DNA of 64,000 nt from Monocercomonoides exilis PA203. Its lineage: Eukaryota > Protista > Preaxostyla. Positions 39,397-52,787 of the stretch are shown here, piece by piece. Where the stretch lies: positions 1,248,185-1,312,184 of the forward strand of contig LSRY02000027.1 of assembly GCA_001643675.2 (NCBI GenBank). The letters run 5' to 3'. A program made the translations under genes and the position numbers. How positions within the stretch are numbered: position 1 is the stretch's first letter; each line of letters starts with the position of its first letter. Under the pieces are notes generated by a model, which saw only the letters and a program-made list of their open reading frames with translations, was not told the origin of the DNA and made no database searches.

Positions 39397-41831
39397 ATGT
39401 GCAGTGCACTGACTGACGTGCATTGACATTTACGAAGGTGACGCAGATGTTGATGTTATCAATTTAAATTTTTTGATTTTCTTTCGTTTCTTTAAACTTT
39501 GTGATTGAATTGGACATTTTCAATTTGGATGATTTTTTTGTTATCATGAAAAAAGATCATAAATCGAAAAAGAAATAAAATTATGGGCTGTTGTGATCAA
39601 TCAATTTTTATGAAAAGGATAAATTGTTTTTCGAAGATATACAAAAACATCAAAAAAATATCCCCTATGCATATTTTTCAAGTTAAATATATTTTTCCTG
39701 AACATCTTGGCATGATTTTTTTTGTTAATAAAAGAACAGAAAAATATTTCTTAAAAAGTGTTTTTCTAATTTTTTCATCATTTGATGTTTTTCAAACGAT
39801 GGTTATTAATGAATAAAATATAACTTTATATATTTATTTAAATTCTTACACAGAAATGAATTGTTTTTTTTTTAGTTAAGATTTTGTTTATTCATTAAAA
39901 ATCTATTTTTCTTTTTCATTTGTTCTCATTGAAGGAAATATTTTTTTTTTAAAACAACTATAAACCTATGATTGCTGTTAATCAAGGAAAAAATAAATAA
40001 TAAACGGTTATTCACAGAGTTGAATTAGTTTTCGATTGTGAATTGTCCATTTATTTGAAAAAAAAGAGTTAGAAAAAAATTTCAAACAATGATTAATTAT
40101 AATTATTTGGAAAAAAACAAAAAAGAATTGAAAAGAATTGAAAAGATGGAATTTTTTTTTATTGAGACAATACTCGAATATTAAAATAGAAAATAAAATT
40201 AATGAGCATTATGATTTTTCAATTTTTTTGAAAATACAAATAGAAGGATGCTAATTTTCTGAAGCGAGATAATTCCAATAATCATTCCATTTTTCAGGAA
40301 TAATTTCTGAAACATCATGATCATTACACTCAATAAACTTTGAAATGGAACTAGATTTAGAAACATCTTCTTTCACAACTGCCAAAAAATGCCCTTGCTT
40401 ATAAAGAACACTTGAATGAATAACACATCCAACTAATTCATAAACAACAACATCATCAACAGAACCAGAAGTTAATAATGAATCTTCAGAGGAAATTCTT
40501 TGATCAAATATTCTAAACTCCTCAGGCCCTAACACTGAATCAACAAAATGAATAGAAAGAGGAGGAGCAATTACAGTGAAAAATATCACCAACGTTGAAC
40601 AAAACACTTAACACTTTTGGAAAATATAAAAACGAACATATTTCAAAAATTGTCTATCTTTGTGACATGATACACACTCTCGTTCTCTCTTTTCAAGCAA
40701 AAAAAGAATTACAAGTTAATAAATCTTGAAGACCAGAAACAACATCTGATCCTCTAATTGAAACAAAAAACTGATCATCCCTTCTTGAAATGGAGTAATC
40801 ATTACAATGAACACACATTAAAATATTTTTTGACATGATAGAAAACATATTATTTATTTCATTAAAATTTTTAGAAAGAACTTTGAGAAGTCTTTCAAAA
40901 ACAACAGACAATTCTTTTGGCTGATTCTTCCCTCCAAGATAAGTTTCGTAAAATTTATTTATTTGTCCTCCTTCCCACTCATAAAAATTAAACGAAGAGA
41001 TTCGAAGAAGATAAAACAGATGCATGAATGTTTTAATTATACTGTTCATTTTTGAAATGTCTATAAATTCAAGATCAAGAGAAGCCATGCATTGACAAAT
41101 GGCAGAAAGAGAGCACACACTGCCATTGTTTTTCAATCCTCTTTGAGAAGAAAGAAGAATTGACACGCACGATCTTGAATTAACTTTCGAAGATAATGAA
41201 GAAGAAGAAGATGAAGAAGAATTTTGCTTTTTTGATTGTTTTGTAATTTTGGATGAAAAAGTCGAAGGTTTTTTGCATTTCTTTGCTTCTTTTTTATTCA
41301 TGTGAAATGAAGAAGTGGCTTCAAAAGAAATATAAAAATCATTGATATGATGTGCAAATGAAAAAGAATCATTTTCTTCACTATCTTTGAATATGTTTGT
41401 GGAAATTTGAAGAGAAGGTTGTTGCTGTTGCTGTTGCTGTTGAGTTTGGAAATTCTGCATTGATGTGCTGGATGAAGGAGAAAAATTTGAGAAAGAAGAA
41501 GAAGAGAGAGAAGAAGAAGGAATTGATAAAATCAGATTGATTGGATGATGCAACGTGTTCTATTTGTGTAGTCTCTGAGTGATTTGGAAAAGGTGCCTGT
41601 GTTTCTGTTGGAAATGAACTTGTTGTTGAAGTCTGAGACGAACTGGGCAATGGGAGTGAAGCATATGAAGCATTTGCATTGGAAAGTGAAGGTTGCAATT
41701 GCAATGCATCAGAAGGAGCAGATGAATAAGATGGAGCAAATGGAGAAGAAGACGAAGAAGAAGATGATGATGAAGCAGAAGAAATAGAAGAAGCTAATTG
41801 AAATGAATGAGAGGATGCTGAGAGGATATAT

Positions 41832-42086
41832 GGGTGATAATTTTTGAAATTATATCTTTTTTCGGGGTGTTAATTTTCAAAAATTGCTTGTTTTTTTGAT
41901 AGAAGTTTTTAGTCCAAAAGAAAAAAAGAATGATAATTGCTTTTTTAACAAATGTTTTCACCGAATAAAGGATTAAAATGCATTCAATAAGCTTTTTCAA
42001 TTTCAATGTTCATATGTCAATATTCAAGAAAAGTTTTTGAACAGAAAATTTTGTATGAAAAAATATGATTTCAAAAATAATCACAC
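41832..42086. mobile_element. Sola-type MITE, ATAT TSD, inserted in the USP pseudogene
   Basis: atat|GGGTGATAATTTTTGAAATT...TTCAAAAATAATCACAC|atat. Internal gattaaaatgcattcaataagc is shared with the 28304 copy; 255 bp. Confidence 0.85.
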
Positions 42087-42216
42087 ATATGGAGAAGAAG
42101 AGGGAAATGTTAATGTCGAATTTTTCTTTTGCATTGTTTTTTCCACTTCACAAATAATTTTGATAACTGGAGCTAATGAATATGAACAAAATTCGCATTT
42201 TTTATTTGTTTTAAAT

Positions 42217-42473
42217 GGGTGATTATTTTTGATGTGATATTATTTCTTATTAAATTTTCGGTTTGAATATTTCTCCTTTATATAAACAAAAGAACACTTA
42301 AAAGAGAAAAGGCTAGAAAAACAATATCATGATTTTTATTTCTGCTTTTGCATTTGTTTTTTAAACAGTTGTTGTAAAAATTCTCAAATAGAATACAAAA
42401 TCTCTTCCCAACGACAAATGAAAATGAAAAATTGACACCCCGAAAAAAGTTATGATTTCAAAAATAATCACCC
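42217..42473. mobile_element. Sola-type MITE, AAAT TSD (opposite orientation)
   Basis: aaat|GGGTGATTATTTTTGA...GACACCCCGAAAAAAGTTATGATTTCAAAAATAATCACCC|aaat; 257 bp. Confidence 0.8.
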
Positions 42474-43049
42474 AAATGAATAGTTTAAATACATAATTTT
42501 TGAAAATAAAAATAAAATAAATTATCAAAGAAAATCAAAAAGAAAAATGCAAACAGTAACACGATTTAATATAATCGCGGAAAAGAAGATTTCCAAATTT
42601 TTCATCAAGCACAAAAGCTTTAAATAATAAAACAGTGCGCTCGTAAGGCATTTTTTTAAAAATGTTAGCAATATATATTGCTTCTGATTTTATCAGTCTT
42701 TTTCGCGTGCTTCGATGTTCTTTGGTCGTGCCAAACATGAAAAAAAGATAAAATTTCCAGAAAATGAAATTATAATGGAAAGCAAACAATATTTTGTAAA
42801 AGCCAATATATTAAAAATAGTTCAATTAATCACTCGTCATAATTTGCAGAACTTATGAAGAAACAAACATGAAAATGCAAAAACAAAAATCAAAAGATCT
42901 TTTCAAAAAATAATTTTTATGATAAAAAAAACAACTGTTTCTTTAATTGTTTCATTGAATCTTTTTCATCTTTTTGTTGTTGAATGGAAGAAAGAAGAGA
43001 TTTTGAACGAAAATCAGAATTTGATTGATTTTCAGCAGTTGAAAGAGAA

Positions 43050-46000
43050 GTTAGATGATAATTTGAATGAGGAAACTGATAAAAAATAAGTGGAAAGAAT
43101 TAAAAGAGAAAGAGAAGAAAAGGAGAGAAAAATCAAAGAATAAGAAGAGAAAAGAAAGAAAGAAGAGAGGAAGGAGAGATGAAAAAGATGAAGAAAAATA
43201 GGAATAAGAGAAAATAGAAGAGGAAGAAGAGGAAGAAGAGGAAGATGTAGATGAAGAGGAAGAGGAAGAAGAAGAGGAAGAAGAAGAGGATTTGCCATCT
43301 AATTCATTCTCCTTCCATCCTTTATCAATCGGAGACTGCTTCTCCTCTGATGAGTGTGGAAACAAAATTGAGTCATACACTCTTGACTGCACGGATGAAG
43401 CAGACTTTTCAGATGGCTCAATAGCACTCGAAATTGATGGTACTGAAGGAGATGAGCTGTCAATCGTTGAAGTCGTAGGGTCTTCCGTCTGAAACTGAGG
43501 AAACGAAAGAACAGGACTCAACAATGAAGAGGAAAATCTTTTGTCATTCGGAGACGATGTTGTCTTTGTGCAGACTTTCTTCGAGCCAATAGAAGTTGGC
43601 TGAATATTCGACAACTCTGAAGGGAAGAAATTGATGTAATCAATGTTTGAGCCACACTCCTGTGCTCTGGCAGCACTCTCTCAAACGAGAAGGCGGAAAT
43701 GATTTTAAATCACTGTTGAACAGAGTTTCGAGCGAATGCACCTCTCCTGATGGATGCAAAACTTTGTTCGTAGGAGAGTTTTTGTTTGAGGCAAGAGAGT
43801 GCAGCGAGGAAGGAGGAGTCGCAATCGCGCTTGACGGAGAACATGCCAGCAACAGCGGAGATGCTGACATGGAAGGGCTCAGCGATGATCCCCGTGCATT
43901 ACACAAATTCTGTATGCTCAACTTTTTGCTCAATACATTCGAAGAAAAAGAAGACGAAGACAAAAGAAGATTGCAAAGCGATGCTGAAGTAGAATAATTC
44001 GAGAGGGGGGTGTTTGGTTGCAATGATATGCCCGACTGCAAAGGCGATTACATTTGCAAAAGAAGAAACAATGTTTTTGGTAATGCTGCTTCTGCTGCTC
44101 TCAGATTGTCAATGGTGGAGTTCGACTGGCTCTTTTGCTTTGGCAAAGGAAGCAAGCTCAAAGTCGAGTTTGGTGAATGTGTTTGCGAAGTGGATGGTGT
44201 TGCTGGATTTACTGGTGTTGCTGGGGAAGTTGGTGCTGATGAATGAAGAGATATTTGAGGAGTTGTTTTTGAGGCTGTTTGATGTGTTCCCTGAGGAGAT
44301 GGCCTCTCTGATCCTGTGAAACTTCTGCTGCCTGAAGCATTCGGAGACTGTGTGCTATCATTTCCTTTTCTATTATCCAAGAAACGCTTTGATTCAAAAA
44401 CATTTATTAGATCAGATGATTGCCAAACTACATATGAATTAATCATTGGATCATTTATCATGATTTTCTTTTTCCCTCTTTTCTTTTTCTGCTTTTTCTT
44501 CTTTGTCGGCTTTGCTTTTCTGCATCCTTTTCCCGATGCACTATTCACACTTTCTGTGCAACCTGAAGGAGAAGAAGACGCAGCTATCGCTATAAAAAAA
44601 TGTCTATGGTTGAAAAATTGATTCAATTTTTGAAGGAGATTGCTGACACGAAGGAAATGAAGAAAATGAAGATGAAGCAGAAGAAGCAGACAATGATGTT
44701 GGAGATGTGTGCGGTTGATGCGATTTGGAATCAGATGTGGATGAGATGGATGTTTGGACTGCCGAAGACTCAGCTGAAGAATGATTTAACTCTTAAGCTG
44801 ATGAGTTTGATAGAGTTGTGTTTTGTTAGGATTTCTCTGTGCTTCGCATCTGCTCAGTGCTGCCATCGCTTTGTGGATGGTAAGACAGAGTGCAACCATT
44901 TTTGTGTTCTTCCTCATCCATCCGCACATTGAACAGCTCATCCACAAAATTCAAATGAAAAATTGGATCTCTTGCACTTTGCCCAACTCCTCATCATCAA
45001 ATGCCCCTCCAGCTGACATTCCATCTTGCTCCATATCTGCTCTTTCATCTCTTTTCTCCCTATTACACTTCAAACAATCAATGTTCTTTGAAAACGAAGA
45101 AGACGATGATGCAGATGATGAAGATGACGACTGGTTCAAAAGAGATTCCAACTTCTGACTGGTTTCATCGCACTTCCTCTTTGCTTTATGTTCTTCTCCA
45201 AATTCCTTCACGAAGTGTTCAGATTTGTCCTCCAACAAAGTTGTCTTTGTTTGCTCAGATGGCAATTGCTGCGAATCTGCCTCTTTTGCTTGTGAAGATC
45301 CCTCAGCACTTTCTCTCTTCCCATCTTAAAAAATCGAATTCTTCTCTGTTGAAATAATATATGATAGAGTCAAGCTTTTTCTGAGAATTTAATTGTTTTT
45401 AGTCTTCAATGTTATCAAAGATGTGGATAAATTGTTAGAGGAAGAAGAAGAAGATGATGAAGATGAAGAAGAAGAAGAAGAGATGGAGGAGAAGAAAGGA
45501 GGAGGAGGAGAAGAAGAATTAGATTTGTTTTCAATTGATGTGTTTGAAGAAGTTGCAGATAAAACTTGTTTTGTTGGGAATACCATTTTCCTTCCGGCAA
45601 ACTGAGTTTTGTTGTTGAACGATGAAAAAAAAGGAGAAGACAATAAAACAAAAGAAGAATCAGAAGATGTTAAACGAGATGTTGAAATTGAAGAAAAACG
45701 AGAAGAAAAAGTAGAAGAATAAGGAGAAATTGAAGAGGAATAAGAGGAAGAGGAAGAGGAAGAGGAAGAAGAAATAGAAGAATTAGAAGGAGAAGAGAAA
45801 AACGAAGGAGAAGAAAAAGATTGTGGATAAGCAGCAGAAAAAGGATGAGAGTGAGGTGAAGTCGGAGATGTTATCATTGGGCTGAGTGAGCGAGCAGATG
45901 AAGTGATTGTTGCTGGAGAAGAAAGACGAGGAAGAGGAAAAGGGAGAGGGAGAGGTAGAAGAAAAGGGTAAGAAGGAGAAGAAGAGGAAGAAGAGGAAGA

Positions 46001-46200
46001 AGAAAAAGAGAATGATTCGTTGCATTCACTGAATCTGTGAATGACGAAGAAGAAGGAGATGATGAAGATGAAGAAGGTGAAGAGGAGGAAGAAGAAGAAG
46101 AAAAAGATGGAGAGGAAGAAGAAATGGAAGAAGTTTTTAAAAGAGCAGTCAATGCAATGAGTGGTTGAAGTGCTCGTTCATTGAATGAAGAAGACTGTTT
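43050..46200 (-). pseudogene. Ser-rich low-complexity gene, fragmented
   Basis: Succession of minus-strand Ser-rich ORFs separated by single stops or frameshifts. Confidence 0.4.
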
Positions 46201-46233
46201 TCGTGTGGAAGATGAAGAAGGTGCAAAATTAGA

Positions 46234-48500
46234 TTATGCTTCATTTTCTTTTAATGAAGAAGAAGAAGATGATGATGATGATGCTGATGACAATGATGAA
46301 GCTGTTGTTGTTGTTGGATGAGAAAAGAAGGATATCTGACCGAGTGAAATTGTATTCACAATCATCGCCTTTATGCTAACTTCAGCTGTTTGTGACAAAG
46401 CAAAAAGAGAAACAGAAAACTCAAAGTTACTAAAGGAAACATCATCCACAATCACTTTTCCACTCGGTAAAGCAACCAAAGAGAAAGAAACAGCTGTGCC
46501 GAAATCAGTCTGCTTGGCAAAACTGCAATGAGAAAGAGTTAATTCACTAGCAGTAGTGGTGGATAAGATCAGCACATTCACAAAATTCACAAAAAAAGCA
46601 GGAAGTGTATATGAAATCTGCTCAAACTTAAGTGATCCAACTGTCTCCATTACAATTCCCGTGGAAGAAGAAATCGAATCATTCAGAATTAAACCTGCCT
46701 TCACAATCACAGCTTCTCCTCCTTCACTTCCTTCTCCTGTCTTTTCCACCTCGCTCTTCACCACACGCTGATCCATCTCCGCTTCTACCTCCAGCGGTGA
46801 ATAGCCCGTCAGCACAACCGTCCTTTCTCCTTTTCTCCCAAACAGAGAAAGCGCATAATCAACAGATAGGCACTGCACCGTGTCTCCACAGAACACCCCG
46901 TTTGTCCTGCTTTCCCCGTTGATTGCGAGTGAATGCAGATTCAGCCCAATGATGAAGATAAACAAGTCAGTATTTACTGTGAATCCTGCTCGATCGATTC
47001 CAATTAGAGAATTTGCTCTTTGTTCTTCGTCGATGTCTAAAGCGAAGGCGAATGAGGTGCTGCTGACTCTTGTTGTCAAGTCAGCAAACGACAAAAACAG
47101 GTCTTTCCCTGCAAATGCATTGTTTGACAAGAAAGTTTTCCCACTCAGTGCAAAATCATCGTTGTTTGTTGGACAAATCAGTTATAAAAATCCTCATTTT
47201 CCTTCATATTCGGTTTCGCATGTGCATCCGGATGTTGTAGTAGTGCCATTCACAACAAGAGCTCCTGTTTCAGAAAGAGAAATTAATAACGCACACCCAT
47301 TTGTGCTTAAAATGGAAGAAGAGGAGGTTATATCGCAGGAGTCAATGCAAAGAGCTGTTGAGAGCTGAGAAGAAGAAAAAAAAAAGAAGAGGAAGAAGAT
47401 AAAAGCGCTTCCTTGTTAATACCAACAACACTTATATCAGAGAAGCTGCATGATTCGAGAGTGAATGATGGTGCAACTGCGTTTGAAAGAGAATTTGAGT
47501 TAGAAATAGAAGAAGATAAAGGTAAAGATAAAGAGGAAGAAGTTGTAGTTGTTGAAGCAGATGTTAAGCTAAATTGCTGTTCAGCACTCAACGTCACTTT
47601 CGATACAATAAATGAGTTTAGTGTAATTTCAGCTAACTGACTAAACAAAAACGGCTGAGATTCAAATGAAGCAAGAGTCAGATAGCAATTGTTGATTTCG
47701 AACTTGCCGGCATCCACTAAAACCAACGAAAAAGTGATGGGAACGGAATTTTGAGGGGAAAACTCGCAATCTCAGAAGGAAAGCACAGCATCTTCTGTTG
47801 ATGAAGCAACAAAAACTGCTTCTTCTGTTGTAAAAGACGAAGGAAGAGACAAAACAATCCTTGCAAATGACAAGGAATTTGTGGTTGTCAGCACATTTGT
47901 GTGTGAATCACCAGAAAATTCAGCTTTGAACGAAAGAGTGCATTTGGCGCTCGCGTCACTGGAAGCCACGGAGCAGAGCGGCAAGTCAAACGAGTCTTCG
48001 ATTTCTGCATTGCCAATGATGGATACTTGTATTGTGGTGTCAGAAGTCATATCAGTGTTCTGCATGCCCTGCCAGAATGAATAGCACAAACCTTCTTTGC
48101 TTCCACAGCCAATTATATCCGCTGCAGAAGAAGAAGAAAAAAAAAACAAAAACAGAAGTCTCTTTCCTCAGCACAATGAACAAAAGCTGGCTTTTCTCTG
48201 AAAGTTCCGTGTCGCTGCAAACAAAAGCGTTTCTTTGGGTCGAAAATTCCGTCAAGTCAAAATTCAAGTGTTCCGTAGAAATCGTCCCGTTCACCCCAGA
48301 CGATAAAACAAACAGATTCGTCCCAATGAAAGCAGAGCAATCTGTGAATGAAACCTCTTTCTGCTCAAAGTCATGTGTTCCCGCTGAGCAGTCAATGAAA
48401 ACACTGTCTCATTTTCCTTCTGTTGCTTCTAACGAGTAGCTGCGAAGGAGATAACAGCATCATTTATGTTTAATGGCAGAGAAGTGAATTGGGTGTACCT
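46234..48500 (-). pseudogene. Fragment of an expanded large surface/beta-helix-like protein family
   Basis: Repeating modules such as CGS..LCYSF, LTLSHCSF, F..N.AF.GKDLF and SLIGID...TDLF. Frameshifts at poly-A tracts near 47376 and 48138. Confidence 0.55.
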
Positions 48501-48629
48501 TTTAAAGAATCTAACATAAGAAGAAAAATTAAATTAATTATTGAGTAATGCATAAATTGATTTTTCCAAAAAAGAAGTCTTTCATAAGATAATCAAATTT
48601 TATTTTTCTTACCATAAACCCATTTCAAA

Positions 48630-49255
48630 TATCAAATTTTTTGTTGATCTGCAATTTGCAGAAATGATTATTTTTTAATTGTTTATGGTAAAAATTGGCA
48701 AGATGCTACTTTAAGGGTACCCGATTTTTTCGTTAAATCCATGAATAAATAGCTTAAAAATGCAATGTAGAGATATTACAAATATATTAGGTTTATAATA
48801 ACCAATTGATCAAAACTAAAAATGATTGAATGTTTTTTTATTATAATCTTGAGTTTTACGAGACTTTTTTCAAACTTCATTTAAATACGTAAATTGAGTT
48901 ATTTTTAACCCAAACAATTGGAAATAGCAATAATATTCGAAATTCAAAACCTAAAAATGTATTTTCATTGTTTTTTGATGAATTTATCAAAAAAAATTAT
49001 TCAAGATTTCAATAAGGGGACAGTTGTTTTTGAGAACGAAAACACTTAAAAAGAAAAATGATAAATAAAACATATAGCCAACACCAAAGAGTGTTAATGA
49101 AAGTTCACTTGAAAACATTAAGCCTTTTCATAAAGGTTATTTTTAATTTTTTTAGGTACCCTTAAAGAAGCCCTTTGCCTTAAAATTTTATAAAGAAGTG
49201 ATTAATAAGCATTAAAACGATTTCTGCAAATTTCCAAGTAATAAAAATCTTTGAT
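48630..49255. repeat. Degenerate inverted repeat with core TTAA|GGGTACC...GGTACCC|TTAA (48715-49161)
   Basis: ctttaagggtacc / ggtacccttaaag, plus an outer pair aatttgcagaaat / atttctgcaaatt. Confidence 0.55.
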
Positions 49256-52200
49256 TGATCGAAAAGATCAAATAAAACATTTGGGGCAAAATTTTTTCAT
49301 TTATAAGAAAAACTATGTTTTGTTCCAAACTTATTCTGCAATTATATCACAATGTTTATAACATTTATAAACAAAAAGAGAAATTAAGAGTTGTTCCATA
49401 ATATATATATTTTTTGAGTTTTGTGAACAAATGCTGTTTTTGTGGAAATATCCGGAGAATATCGTGGAAAGTTTGACTTTGATAACAGATTTTATTAAAA
49501 AAAAAATATAATGAATAGGTATAGAACTTATATAGAATTGCCAATACTGCTCATGAAGATATGATATTATTCGAGATAATATGCACATAATAGCTGTAAT
49601 TGAAAAAGAAATAGTTTCTCATTCAAAAAGAAAATTGAAGTTGAAGAAGATTTTAAAGTGGAAATAGGTATTGCATTGTTCAAAAAGAGAAAAGAAGAAG
49701 AATATGTTTTCGTGAGTATCTCTGTTTCAAAATCATATATATAATGTTCTATTATACCTTCAACAAACACTTCGAAAAGTGTTGATGTGTGTTGGAGACA
49801 ACAGCGGACTGAAGATTGAAACAGTGAGGATATACATTTGATGACCATTGCAAGCCCTTTTGCACACTTTCTTCATAAGATTAATACCTAGAGATGTGAT
49901 GCCTTTCAACATGTGAATGCCACAATCAAAAAGAAGAAAGATCTCGTTTCAAACAACTCTCATTGCTTGGTATTTTTCTCTTTTACCAATAATTTTCTTA
50001 ACACCTCAAACCTTGGATTAACATTAGGAGGGTCTGGAAGAGAGGCTTCTCTATCCGCTGCCTGTTTTATTGGTGCTTTTCAGTCTCAGTCCAAAAATGA
50101 GTGAAATTCCGGGCGCCACAAAGCTTCAAGCTTTTATCTGTGAGGAAAAGCGATACTGGGTTATGTGATGAATCAAAAGGCAGATATCGAGGAGATGGGG
50201 TATTTGGCCTTTCACCTGGTGAATGAGCGAGCTATGTTTCAAGTGAGGAAAAACAAAGAGATACTCTTATTAATTCTGAAGGCAAAGTGAGCACATGGAA
50301 TAAACCAAGGAATGAATAAGACGGGCTAAAAGGAGACAGACACATTCACAACAGCATGAATTTTTTGATCACATTTTTGATCCAGTCATGAAGATCAAGA
50401 TCACAAATGTGGTTGCCTATTCGCTCACTGCACTACCAATCTGCAAGATGTTATTTGATGCAGCGCATTCTTTTCTTCTCTCAATGTCGTCTAGTGGAAA
50501 GCTCCTCTGATACGACAAGCAAGCAGATCAAAGAAGACGAGCTACTGCTGAGCGATCTAGCATCAATTATAGATTGCTGCCTATCGCTCAATCCATGCAA
50601 GCTCATGAAAACTGAAGAGGTAGTATTCCACGCGTTTTGGTAAAAAATAGCAAAGCAACAGTCAACTCAGCAGAAGACTGCAAAAAAGACGGCTTACGGA
50701 TCAGAATATTCTTCGACCTCACACAGTTTGTCTTCTTTTTTGTCTTGTTATTATCTTCATCTTATTCCTGTTCCTCTTTTTCTTCGAATTTTGCAAATTT
50801 ATCAAATTCTTGATTATTTCTCGAGCATTCAGCTAGCAACAGACTTTGCTTCTCCTCTTCAATACCACAACAATCGTCGCTTTCTTTTTCCTCCCATTCC
50901 TTCTCCATTATATTCCAATATTCCATTTCATTATTTCTCGAATCTTTGTCTTATTGACCGTCCAATCGAATGTTTCTGGCAATGGATGTTTATTCTATAG
51001 TTATCACTTCAATGATCTATGTGGAAATAATGCAATATTCGAACAGATCATGTTACGACTCTGTTATGAAGAAATGGATTATTTTCACATTGGAAGTGAA
51101 AAGGCACCTCAAACAAACAGTGGGAGAAAGAAACAGAACTGTAAATGAAACGAACACTTGTGATAAAAGTATTGTTGATAGTAACAGAAAGAGAACAAAA
51201 GATAAAATCAAAAAGGTTAACAACACATATCCAGGTCTTCATTCTTCATCTTCAATTATCTCTCTAACCACTTGCAGAAGAGGCGCGCTTTGTGCAGCTT
51301 ATCTTGAAAAGGCCAACCTATTAACGATAGCTGGATTTGTTGTATCAAATCTTCCATCTGCCCTGAACAAATTCCATTTGATTGGAGAGCTGAAGCAGTA
51401 CAGCGGGAAGAGAATGAGGATTATCTTGTTCCTTTTTTTTTCGACAGAATAAAAAAAATAAAAGACTATCGTTCGCAGCAGCTTGTGCAGAAGATCTTAT
51501 AATGTAACAGAGCATCGCAGTTGTTCATCGCTTCAATTACACTATTCAAACTCTTTCGTTTTTTATTTTCAAAAAATCAAATCTGAATCTGAAGGTTTTC
51601 AAATACTGGATTGTTGTTTTAAATTTTGAATGTGCTTTTCTATAAATTTTGATTGAAAATTTTTTGTTTACGAATTTCGTTCTCCTATGAGTGAATAAGT
51701 ATTGTTTTCCAAATTTTGCACATTTTGTTTCAAACTTTTCAGATTGACATTTATGAATAAATAACTGTACTGAAAGAGGAAATAAAAATTTTTTAAGCAT
51801 TAAAATAAGTGAAAGTTAATTCAGTTTTCAAAGATGAATGAGGTGAAAAGACAAAATTTCTTTGAATAAAAAAGTGATATTTGCAACAAAAAAAAAATAA
51901 ACAGAAAAAATTTCAACATTAATGAACAAAAAACATTTATCTCTTGCCGATACGTGCAATGGTTCAATCCTTCATAATCCTCATGTGCTTTTTCTATCTT
52001 TTCACATTACTTCATTTTTATTGATTTTGAAAAAGCTTCATTGTTTCACAGTCTCGTTGTTTGTGTTTCCTTTCACTCATCTTGAAGTTGTCAAACAGAA
52101 CCAAAACAATCAAACTTTGTTCCATTCCCCTATGTTGATTGTATCAATTTATCTGAACACAGATCGAAAAAATTTCCTTTTTCCAATGCTTCAATTCCTC

Positions 52201-52787
52201 CATTTTCCCGTTCTTCCAGTTCGAATCTTGAATTTCTCACGAAATGAATCCGTTCACAATCACTTATTCCAATTTTTAATCGTCGAATTTGTTTTTAATC
52301 AAAAACTGAAAAGCAGACTGATTCATAAGTTTTGACGTTGTTTAAAATCTATAATATAGACTGATATCTTATTAATCATCCATGGAAAGTTCTTGTCCAA
52401 TTTTCAATTTTTGAATGAACATAAACAATAAAACACTCATTTATTGCAAAACAAAAAATCACACATCAAATTGTTAAATGTTGCACAACCCAAGTCAAGT
52501 TATTAACTCTTCATTTGAAGCTTCAAAATGTTTCTCCTTGTTCATCATTGCTTTTTTTTAAAGATTAGCAAATTGAAAATGATTGTTCAGTTATATTTCA
52601 GAAAAACGAAAAACAAAACGCATTCGCATGTATCAAAGAGATAAATTTTGATATTTAATTTGTTCCTCGCAAATATTTCTTCTTGATTTATCAGTTGCGG
52701 TGTTTTATCAACATATTTCATTCTTTTTCATTTTGCCCTTAATTTATCCTTTTCACTACCATTACAAAAGAAAAAAGATCCGTTGAA

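Larger units (their letters stand above)
40212..42738 (-). pseudogene. USP/C19-like deubiquitinase pseudogene, paralogue of 5740-7826
   Basis: Motifs RGLKNNGSVCSLSAICQCMASL, CVHC, HSSVLYKQGHFLAVV and FIECNDHDV. N-terminal exon MFGTTKEHRSTRKRLIK resembles 7622-7826. Frameshift at ~40693, stops at ~40608 and 40251, and MITE insertions. Confidence 0.75.

Noticed and set aside
49500-51540. Possible retroelement (gag/DIRS-like) remnant
   Set aside because: Coding-like composition, but no RT, RNase H, recombinase or zinc-knuckle motif is recognisable.
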